IMG/VR virus record: IMGVR_UViG_3300011334_000294
Span: 1-34,735 of that record
DNA from: a virus
Taxonomy: Duplodnaviria; Caudoviricetes
DNA length: 34,735 nt
Direction: 5' to 3' (one strand)
This document shows, piece after piece, positions 1 through 5,967 of this stretch. Below the pieces are notes generated by a model. That model had not been told where the DNA came from and made no database searches. It saw nothing but the letters and a program-made list of their open reading frames with translations. A program made the position numbers and the translations under genes. Position 1 is the first letter of the stretch. Every line of letters begins with the position of its first letter.

Positions 1-237
1 TGCGACGCGCTGGCGGTCAACGTGCCTGCTGGCGTAAAGATACCGCAGGCGGCGCTGCTACACGCGCTTAAAGAGGCTGGCTGGGTTGACATGGGGCGCA
101 TCGCTTGCGTTGACCATCCAACTAAGAAACACATCTTTGCCGCGCCTGACGTGAAGAAACGTAACAAGTCAGACTTGCGCCGCTTGGCGGAAGACTTGCC
201 TAAGTCCAGCATCATGCCGAACATCGGCAAGAATTGA
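1..237 (+). CDS. C-terminal fragment, probably of the primase-helicase that begins at 32981 (5'-truncated)
   Basis: Frame 1 is open from base 1 (CDALAVNVPAGVKIPQAALLHALKEAGWVDMG...IGKN*). Same strand as the 3'-truncated primase-helicase at the window end. Confidence 0.7.
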   Translation, partial: CDALAVNVPAGVKIPQAALLHALKEAGWVDMGRIACVDHPTKKHIFAAPDVKKRNKSDLRRLAEDLPKSSIMPNIGKN

Positions 238-263
238 CAACCATTTGGTTGCAATGATATAGG
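234..263 (+). promoter_or_regulatory. sigma70-type promoter for the putative sRNA
   Basis: Perfect TTGACA at 234-239, then 18 nt, then TATAGG at 258-263. No ORF follows on this strand. Confidence 0.55.
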
Positions 264-330
264 TTCAGGGTTGGCGTTGCTCCGCTGGCCTGATTAAACC
301 CCCGGCGTCCTCACTCCGCCGGGGGTTTTT
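264..330 (+). ncRNA. putative two-hairpin trans-acting antisense sRNA
   Basis: Hairpin 1 at 265-293 (loop TTGCTC; G-U pairs form only on the + strand). Hairpin 2 at 296-328 (12-bp stem, loop TCCTCACTC) followed by a T run. Both loops are complementary to several translation initiation regions. Confidence 0.7.
296..330. terminator. bidirectional intrinsic terminator between convergent operons (also the sRNA 3' hairpin)
   Basis: AAACCCCCGGCG-tcctcactc-CGCCGGGGGTTT followed by TT. Confidence 0.85.
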
Positions 331-829
331 ATTTGTCAGAACCGAATCTCATCGTCGGCCCAGTCGTAAATATCCCACCCGAAGTTATCGAACAGGAATT
401 GGTGCAGGGGCATTGCCCCTTCTCCCGTATCTCCAACCCACGGGCTTCCAGTGCGGCGCGCAAACGGCCCACAAGGTCTTTGCGGAGGAGGTCTGCGTAT
501 TCAGCCTTAACCGAATCATACGCGCCGACATCTATATCGGCCAACAGATCAACCAGCGGGTCAGGCTTGGGCTTGGGGATGATGAAGCGGTCAAAGCCTT
601 CCCATCCTTCTTGGCGGTAGAGATCGCCCGCGAAGAAAGCGGCTTCATCGCTCACCTCTTGCTTAAAGTCAGCGAGTTCCTGCTTGGTGGCTTCGTGCTG
701 TTCGATGGCGCGGCATAGTGCTTCGGTGTATGGGGAAACCTCGCGGCGCACTGCGCGTTTGTCGCTTAGGTTGCGTTCGGCCAGCACTTCGCGCACCAGC
801 GCCAAGGCTTTTGCTTCAATGTCTGTCAT
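329..829 (-). CDS. hypothetical early protein (MTDIEAKALALV...)
   Basis: RBS AAGGAG; ATGA overlap with the upstream stop. The last ~27 aa may be a read-through extension over the 25-aa ORF. Confidence 0.7.
   Translation of the reverse strand: MTDIEAKALALVREVLAERNLSDKRAVRREVSPYTEALCRAIEQHEATKQELADFKQEVSDEAAFFAGDLYRQEGWEGFDRFIIPKPKPDPLVDLLADIDVGAYDSVKAEYADLLRKDLVGRLRAALEARGLEIREKGQCPCTNSCSITSGGIFTTGPTMRFGSDK
336..413 (-). CDS. 25-aa acidic/aromatic peptide MPLHQFLFDNFGWDIYDWADDEIRF
   Basis: Translated by hand. RBS GAGAAGGGG lies directly upstream and matches the junction style of other genes in this operon. Confidence 0.55.
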   Translation of the reverse strand: MPLHQFLFDNFGWDIYDWADDEIRF

Positions 830-1023
830 TTGCTTTGCTCCTTCTCGCGCACTTGGCGCGTTATCAGTGTGTGGTCGTTCATTGCTTGCCACCGCTTCGG
901 TGTGGCTGTCTGGGCCAGCACTTCAGCCTCTCGCTGCGTCCGTGCCGAAACGCGAACAAGGCCGCGATGCTGCGCGGTGCGGGTGCGTATGACTTCGACT
1001 TCGTAGATGGTGTAGGCAAACAT
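826..1023 (-). CDS. hypothetical protein, 65 aa
   Basis: Tiles the operon; stop overlaps the next start. Confidence 0.65.
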   Translation of the reverse strand: MFAYTIYEVEVIRTRTAQHRGLVRVSARTQREAEVLAQTATPKRWQAMNDHTLITRQVREKEQSK

Positions 1024-1028
1024 CTGTT

Positions 1029-1214
1029 TTACTCTTTCAGCGCCTTTTCAGCGTCTTCGATCAATTCAATGGGCGGCCACCGCAGATAGGACACATGGTC
1101 TTTGCCTATCACACCCAGAAACTCCAGATATTCCATCAAGCGGTAGGCTAAGGTCGCTTCCGCCCGTTCGGCGTATCGTTCGGGCAGTGCGAGTTCATCA
1201 TCATCATCGGTCAT
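1029..1214 (-). CDS. hypothetical protein, 61 aa (MTDDDDELALPERY...)
   Basis: RBS AAGGA; ATGA overlap. Confidence 0.7.
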   Translation of the reverse strand: MTDDDDELALPERYAERAEATLAYRLMEYLEFLGVIGKDHVSYLRWPPIELIEDAEKALKE

Positions 1215-1603
1215 GCTGCTAGTTTCCTTTCGCATGGGTTGCATATTTCGTCTGTCGTGCGCCTGAACAGGCGGCAGCGCGGGCATTTGTCGCCGAGGGC
1301 AGGGAACCACATCGCAGCAACGCGTGGCAGCTCCGGATCGGGACGCTCGGCCTCATGCGCTGCTGGCGGAAACTTGTCGCCCATGACGATGCACACGCCT
1401 TCAATGCCGCTGGTCTTGCACATCGCAGCCATATCGGAATTGCGGGCGAACAACCCTGCCGTGGTGGGGTCGTCGGTATACAGCATGATACTGCTATCCT
1501 CTTGCTCCGTCACACGCCCAAGGCGGCGCTGTTCTTCGCCAGCCAGCAATGACGCGCGTCTGGCTAGGCGCATGACTGCGCCCCACTCGCCTATATCAGT
1601 CAT
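1211..1603 (-). CDS. stand-alone protein resembling the IleRS C-terminal domain, with an FPG/IleRS-type zinc finger
   Basis: W..V.R..R...A.E..R, D.A..C.TS.IE, P.VA...A.G.KCPRC-x10-CNPC follow the type 1 IleRS C-terminus as I recall it. RBS GAGGGG. Confidence 0.7.
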   Translation of the reverse strand: MTDIGEWGAVMRLARRASLLAGEEQRRLGRVTEQEDSSIMLYTDDPTTAGLFARNSDMAAMCKTSGIEGVCIVMGDKFPPAAHEAERPDPELPRVAAMWFPALGDKCPRCRLFRRTTDEICNPCERKLAA

Positions 1604-1866
1604 TTGCTCTGCCCCTCTGTGTCGTGCAGCACTTCCACACGCCATTTCAAATCGGCATAGCCGCGCTTCCCGCCGTTGCCGTCTGCGAAGGGTTTAGCTG
1701 CTTCAATCCGTCTGCCTTCGCTTTCGGCTTCATGCTGCGTATTAAATCCGTCAAACAGCGTAAACTTGCGCGCGTCATGTCCGCCGCGATATTCGCAGAC
1801 AAGGGCATACGGCGTCCCTAACTTAACAAGCGTTTCGCGTGTCACTTGACGTTCTGTGGCTTTCAT
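1600..1866 (-). CDS. hypothetical protein, 88 aa (MKATERQ...)
   Basis: RBS GAGG; TAATG coupling. Confidence 0.7.
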   Translation of the reverse strand: MKATERQVTRETLVKLGTPYALVCEYRGGHDARKFTLFDGFNTQHEAESEGRRIEAAKPFADGNGGKRGYADLKWRVEVLHDTEGQSK

Positions 1867-2051
1867 TATCTTAACCTCGTTATGAACGTGACGCCTTCCA
1901 CAGTGCGGCATTTAAACATCTTTCCGTTGCGTATGCCGTATTGGCTCACGTTGCGGCTGGTGCGCTTTACATCGCCTTTCTTGGTGGCTGGCATGGTGGC
2001 GACTTCGCCGACCTCTAGCGTTCCCATTGGGTAAATCATTGGTCTTGGCAT
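1866..2051 (-). CDS. small basic phage protein, possibly nucleic-acid binding
   Basis: YP...LEVGE...G..F..R...G...TR pattern common in small phage proteins. RBS AAGGAG. Confidence 0.7.
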   Translation of the reverse strand: MPRPMIYPMGTLEVGEVATMPATKKGDVKRTSRNVSQYGIRNGKMFKCRTVEGVTFITRLR

Positions 2052-2185
2052 TTGGCTTGCTCCTTTTCATGTGTTGCGCGGCGTTCCGCGAATGTCTTGC
2101 CGTCTGCGCCCCGTAGCGGCCATGCGCTGTCGGATGAGACGCGGTGCTTGCGCCCCATAGGGGCGGCTTGTTGTGGTTTAATCAT
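2036..2185 (-). CDS. hypothetical protein, 49 aa (MIKPQQAAPMGRKHRV...)
   Basis: Translated by hand; RBS AAGGA; fills the operon gap. Confidence 0.6.
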   Translation of the reverse strand: MIKPQQAAPMGRKHRVSSDSAWPLRGADGKTFAERRATHEKEQAKCQDQ

Positions 2186-2196
2186 GGGTCTGTCCT

Positions 2197-2541
2197 TTAG
2201 ATTTCTATTTGCGTTGCTGGCTTGGCGCGTTTGTCCATCATGCGATTGAGCCAGTATTGCTTTTCTTCGCCTGTGGCGCGTGCTGCATGGTATTTGAACA
2301 ACGCTAGGGCTAGGTCGTCGTAACCTGTCCGCTTGTGCGTCACTATTAGCGGTGACGGCATCATGGCGGCTAGGTCGGTGCGTCTTGGGCGCTCTCGGCC
2401 CTTGCGTGATAGCGTCCAGTCAATGTCCTTGACTGTGAGGCGCATATCGAATTCGCGGTTTACATGGTGCATCACAGCCGTTTTATCGGTTATGTAGGTG
2501 CATAAGTGCAGGATGCGCTTGCGGACGGCATATTCTATCAT
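2197..2541 (-). CDS. hypothetical protein, 114 aa
   Basis: ATGA coupling within the operon. Confidence 0.7.
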   Translation of the reverse strand: MIEYAVRKRILHLCTYITDKTAVMHHVNREFDMRLTVKDIDWTLSRKGRERPRRTDLAAMMPSPLIVTHKRTGYDDLALALFKYHAARATGEEKQYWLNRMMDKRAKPATQIEI

Positions 2542-2738
2542 GGCCGGGCTTTCTTTACATATTTGCCTGACTTAGGGTCGCGCAAGACTGCGTGACGTTT
2601 CCAGAATAGCAGTTCCTTAGTGTCGCGTGTCCATGCGGATTGCCATTTGTCGCCGCGCTTGACGGCTTCCCACAACAGAAAGGCGGTAAACAGTTGCGCG
2701 GCTATCATTAGCGCGATGATGATTTCGTATTGGTTCAT
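2538..2738 (-). CDS. hypothetical membrane-anchored protein, 66 aa
   Basis: N-terminal hydrophobic helix; C-terminal RDPKSGKY; RBS GAGGA. Confidence 0.7.
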   Translation of the reverse strand: MNQYEIIIALMIAAQLFTAFLLWEAVKRGDKWQSAWTRDTKELLFWKRHAVLRDPKSGKYVKKARP

Positions 2739-2741
2739 TGG

Positions 2742-2801
2742 TTAATCCTCTAATAATAAGGTTAATAGGAATAGGGCGGCTCCAGCGATAACCGCTATCA
2801 T
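2742..2801 (-). CDS. 19-aa hydrophobic micropeptide MIAVIAGAALFLLTLLLED
   Basis: ATG overlaps the upstream TGA and the ORF exactly fills the intergenic gap. Confidence 0.55.
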   Translation of the reverse strand: MIAVIAGAALFLLTLLLED

Positions 2802-3010
2802 TCTGCTATATCGTCCCGTAGGGCGTTATTCTCGGCCACTAGGCGGTCGTATAGCGTCTGCAAGTGCTCTAGCTCTTCTTCGACGCTCACCAACTCGCGT
2901 AGGCGTTCTGCCAGCACAAGGATTAAATCGTCGCCGTTGTCGCGTTCGCGCCCCATGTTGATTAATTCGCTGTCCGATAACATGCGTAGGTAGTTTCGAT
3001 CAAAAGTCAT
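2798..3010 (-). CDS. hypothetical coiled-coil protein, 70 aa
   Basis: RBS GGAG; heptad-like Leu/Glu pattern. Confidence 0.7.
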   Translation of the reverse strand: MTFDRNYLRMLSDSELINMGRERDNGDDLILVLAERLRELVSVEEELEHLQTLYDRLVAENNALRDDIAE

Positions 3011-3027
3011 GTTAATCTCCGTTGTGG

Positions 3028-3192
3028 TTATGTGAAGCGCGCGATTTTGTCGCGCTGTTCAATTAGAAATTCCAGCACTGTGTCAAATTCAGCAAAGTCG
3101 GTTAGCGCGATATCATGCACCTGTCCGCTGTCGATTAGGTCGCACAGGTCAAAATAGATTTCCTGCAATGTTGTTTTCTCTTTGTCTGTCAT
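3028..3192 (-). CDS. acidic hypothetical protein, 54 aa (MTDKEKTTLQEIYFDL...)
   Basis: RBS AAGGGG; D/E-rich. Confidence 0.65.
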   Translation of the reverse strand: MTDKEKTTLQEIYFDLCDLIDSGQVHDIALTDFAEFDTVLEFLIEQRDKIARFT

Positions 3193-3193
3193 T

Positions 3194-3391
3194 TCATGCC
3201 CCTTGTGCTTTTGAAATCGCGCCTTTGATGATTGCGCGAATATAGTTGTAGGGATCAGTGCCATCGGCATTAGGCGCTAGGTAGGCGTCAACGTCATGCA
3301 ATGCTTGCAATAGGTCAGGCGCGGCATCGCGCAGCATTTTATCGCGCTTGCGGCGCTCCTGCGCGGCGGCTTCATAGTCAAATGGTGGCAT
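3194..3391 (-). CDS. hypothetical protein with an AAPDLL...AI.KA.G motif
   Basis: Common phage early-protein motif; RBS GGGAG. Confidence 0.75.
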   Translation of the reverse strand: MPPFDYEAAAQERRKRDKMLRDAAPDLLQALHDVDAYLAPNADGTDPYNYIRAIIKGAISKAQGA

Positions 3392-3489
3392 TATGCTCCC
3401 TTCACTGTTTTAGCGATTGCGTAGATCGATAGGGCGCCAACGCCCCAAAAGAACATCTCGGCTAGGGCGTGAATGATAGTTGCTGTCAT
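3391..3489 (-). CDS. 32-aa single-TM peptide MTATIIHALAEMFFWGVGALSIYAIAKTVKGA
   Basis: Translated by hand; RBS GGAGAGG; coupled at both ends. Confidence 0.65.
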   Translation of the reverse strand: MTATIIHALAEMFFWGVGALSIYAIAKTVKGA

Positions 3490-3719
3490 GCGTCCTCTCC
3501 CTCTTCCCATTCAGTCCAAAATATTTGGATATCGCCGATTTCGTCGTCGTCGTCTTTATTGCCGATATAAAATTCTGCAAAGTCTTCGGGCGTGACGTTC
3601 TCGTGTAGGCAGTGGTCACTGCAATAATGCTCGTTTGCGCCCTCAATGACGTAGCCCTCGTTCATGCCAGCGCCGCACTCGTCGCACATGTGAGCATATT
3701 TGATCCCGTCGATAATCAT
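3486..3719 (-). CDS. acidic Zn-binding protein, 77 aa
   Basis: CDEC...YCSDHC; very D/E-rich. Confidence 0.75.
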   Translation of the reverse strand: MIIDGIKYAHMCDECGAGMNEGYVIEGANEHYCSDHCLHENVTPEDFAEFYIGNKDDDDEIGDIQIFWTEWEEGEDA

Positions 3720-3985
3720 GCGTCCTCTCCATCCATCATGTCGGCGTGATGTTCTGCCAGCGCGTCCCAGTCGACGCTGTTGAGGTCAAGCATATCCCAG
3801 ATGAAGCCGGCTGTTGTGCTATCGCGTCCAATTAGGTCGTGAACATACTCTTCCACCATGTCGCGGCAATATTCCGCCGTGACGTTAACGCCGTTCTCTG
3901 TATCGTCGGCCCAAGTATCGCCAAACCATAGGTTGACTGTCCAAGTGGCGGCATTGCGCCATCCGTTGCAAGTATTGTCTGTCAT
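3716..3985 (-). CDS. acidic conserved phage early protein, 89 aa
   Basis: NGW.N..TW...LW and ..VDW..LA motifs; RBS AGGAG. Confidence 0.8.
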   Translation of the reverse strand: MTDNTCNGWRNAATWTVNLWFGDTWADDTENGVNVTAEYCRDMVEEYVHDLIGRDSTTAGFIWDMLDLNSVDWDALAEHHADMMDGEDA

Positions 3986-4050
3986 AGTTTCTCACTCCTA
4001 TTTGGCACTAGCGCCATCCTCGGCGCGGATTGCTCCGCGCTCCGGTGGTG
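3986..4050 (-). promoter_or_regulatory. structured leader carrying both sRNA target motifs
   Basis: GCGCGGA-GCAA-TCCGCGC hairpin, TGGCG-CTAG-TGCCA hairpin, and ATAG-GAGTGAGAAA-CTAT hairpin overlapping the ATG. Confidence 0.6.
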
Positions 4051-4329
4051 TTAGGCGTAGCGTTTCGCCTTATGTTGTGCGGCTAACTCACGCTTGAATT
4101 GCTTAGTGTAGACGCCGTTAAAATGGCGCAATGCTTGGAATAGCCTATCGACCTTAAACTTGGCGGCTTGCCAGCGCGGGTCGGCTTTGACGCTATCGGG
4201 CGTTAGGTTCATGCAGCGCGGCGCATCGCCAGCTAACTTATCTGTTAGCGCGTTAAGCGCATCGGTTGCATCACTCAATTCGGCATTAAGCGCATCGCGC
4301 TGTTGCGTGGCTGTTATAAAGTCAATCAT
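4051..4329 (-). CDS. hypothetical protein, 92 aa
   Basis: LTPDSVK...F..LR.FN motif; RBS AGGAG. Confidence 0.75.
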   Translation of the reverse strand: MIDFITATQQRDALNAELSDATDALNALTDKLAGDAPRCMNLTPDSVKADPRWQAAKFKVDRLFQALRHFNGVYTKQFKRELAAQHKAKRYA

Positions 4330-4541
4330 GCTACGGCGCTCCTAAATGCGTCTATAACGTCTGCGCCATTGCCAAGCGTAAAGACTTGAACGCGGCAATC
4401 GGTGCACCCGTGAATGTCTGTCAGTTGCGCGATAACGCGTTGCGCTTGCGCCATGCTGGCAATGCCAGCCGTTTCGGACACTAGCAAAGTTTCGTCGTCG
4501 CTATGCCGCGGCTTGCCCCAAATGATATATTCTTTGTTCAT
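4326..4541 (-). CDS. hypothetical protein, 71 aa
   Basis: RBS AGGGG; ATGA coupling to the next gene. Confidence 0.7.
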   Translation of the reverse strand: MNKEYIIWGKPRHSDDETLLVSETAGIASMAQAQRVIAQLTDIHGCTDCRVQVFTLGNGADVIDAFRSAVA

Positions 4542-4551
4542 GGTATCGCCC

Positions 4552-4725
4552 CTATAGGTAAACTGGACCAGTGATGTGCGCGTTAGTTAGTCGGCGCACT
4601 AGGTATATCTGCGATAGTTTGCGTAGCGCCATGAACGATTGCACGGCGGCAAAAACGTCCCGTCCATGTTCAACCGAATAGCACGGGCCTAACTTACCCA
4701 TGTAGTGTATTATATATGCGTTCAT
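4552..4725 (-). CDS. first gene of the leftward operon, 57 aa (MNAYIIHYMGKLG...)
   Basis: Translated by hand; RBS GAGGAG. Confidence 0.6.
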   Translation of the reverse strand: MNAYIIHYMGKLGPCYSVEHGRDVFAAVQSFMALRKLSQIYLVRRLTNAHITGPVYL

Positions 4726-4752
4726 CGTATTGCTCCTCGCTGTCTTGATACC

Positions 4753-4783
4753 CTCTTATCTACCCTCTTTCGCATAGTGTCAA
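4753..4783 (-). promoter_or_regulatory. leftward early promoter
   Basis: TTGACA on the minus strand (4783-4778) followed by GGTAGATAAGAG about 15-19 nt downstream. Confidence 0.6.
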
Positions 4784-4802
4784 CAGCAAAATATGTTGCA
4801 CT

Positions 4803-5110
4803 AAAAATAGTCATTTGGCCTAAAATGATAGCCTAACTTTTGCCTAACTAATGACTATTTTTGATCCCGCGATTTTGGCGCGAAAATTGTTAGGCAAAAA
4901 GTTAGGCGAAATAGTCATTTGTTAGGCTATGTTTTCACCCTAAATTGCCTAGGAAAAAGTCAAGGGTTTCTGCGTGTCTGCGAGGATTCTAGGCTATTTA
5001 GGCTATGGAATGTATAGTCAGTTTGAGAAAAGTATATAATTAACCTATATGGTTAAAATATAACTTTCTAGCGAACGACTCCCAAATCGATTGCCTAGAT
5101 TGCCTAGATG
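4803..5110. repeat. array of G(C/A)CTA / TAG(G/T)C repeats with nested inverted repeats flanking an AT-rich core; putative replication origin
   Basis: At least 15 copies, many 9-13 bp apart. IRs at 4803-4815/4850-4862 and 4831-4848/4889-4907. AT-rich stretch 5028-5070. Tandem GATTGCCTA at 5089-5106. Confidence 0.75.
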
Positions 5111-5135
5111 TTTAACAATTGTAAACTTTTCCGGT

Positions 5136-5177
5136 CATGACCTACGCAGTCATGGCGCCATGATTTACGCAGTCATG
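5136..5177. repeat. two 19-bp direct repeats CATGA(CC/TT)TACGCAGTCATG
   Basis: At 5136-5154 and 5159-5177; each has CATGA...TCATG dyad ends. Confidence 0.8.
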
Positions 5178-5430
5178 ACATGCAATCGCATAGCCTAGAC
5201 CGCCCATGCAAAATGTTGCACCGCAACACAGCCAAACAACCAATATGTTTTTCTTAATGCGAGCGAGTCGCAATAGGGAAAAGGCCAACCGAAAATCCAG
5301 CCTATAGAACAAAAGCGGAACGCTGCTGGCATGGGGGTGGGGGGTGCAGGGCCGAGCGCCGCGTGACTGTCACGGGCACGGTACGCAAACAATTTTTATT
5401 TTTTTTAAAATCTCACTGCATCAAAGCCTG

Positions 5431-5459
5431 TTGCGTATCTGCGCTCAGTAGATTATTGT
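5431..5459 (+). promoter_or_regulatory. rightward promoter, probably producing a leaderless terS mRNA
   Basis: TTGCGT-N17-TATTGT-N7-ATG; no SD sequence. Confidence 0.55.
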
Positions 5460-5466
5460 ACGCCCA

Positions 5467-5967
5467 ATGACTTTCTACTCACTGCCATTTACACCTGAGC
5501 GGACGCAAGCCACCGAGGCGCGGCTGGAGGCAATCTATAAAGCTGCCAAGTACGGGCTTAAGGGCGACAGTCTGGCGATGGCGGCTGGATTGACCCCGCG
5601 GCAGTTCCGCGTGCTGGCCGACGCAGACCCGCTGGTCGAGATGGCCGAAGCCAAAGGGCGCAGCGAAGGTGAATATATGGCGGCTAAGACGCTGCACGAC
5701 GCAGCGGCTGATGGCGACGCTAAGGTCGCGCTGGAAATACTTAAGCACCAGCACGGCTGGGTAGCCAAGCAACAGATCGACGTGAACATCGACCAACAGA
5801 TAAGCATTACAGGCGCGCTGGAAAAAGCACAGTCGCGCGTCATCGAGGGGTTGTACACTGACGTGACGCCCCGCCTAGAGGATAACACACATGCAGCAGC
5901 CGATATATTCAGCGCAAGACGAGATGGAATGGATGGCGAGGCTGTGGTCGCCCGCACTGAAGGATGA
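5467..5967 (+). CDS. terS: terminase small subunit
   Basis: N-terminal HTH-like region, helical core, position directly before terL. Confidence 0.75.
   Translation: MTFYSLPFTPERTQATEARLEAIYKAAKYGLKGDSLAMAAGLTPRQFRVLADADPLVEMAEAKGRSEGEYMAAKTLHDAAADGDAKVALEILKHQHGWVAKQQIDVNIDQQISITGALEKAQSRVIEGLYTDVTPRLEDNTHAAADIFSARRDGMDGEAVVARTEG

Noticed and set aside
1502-1509. GGAGCAA matches inside coding regions (1502-1509 and about 28013)
   Set aside because: Not near start codons and consistent with chance, so not counted as sRNA targets.
4803-5200. Repeat region as a CRISPR or mini-array
   Set aside because: Repeats are 5-19 bp, in mixed orientation, with no regular unique spacers.
5891-5967. 77-bp terS/terL overlap as a programmed frameshift
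   Set aside because: No slippery heptamer seen, and terL has its own AGAGGA RBS and ATG.
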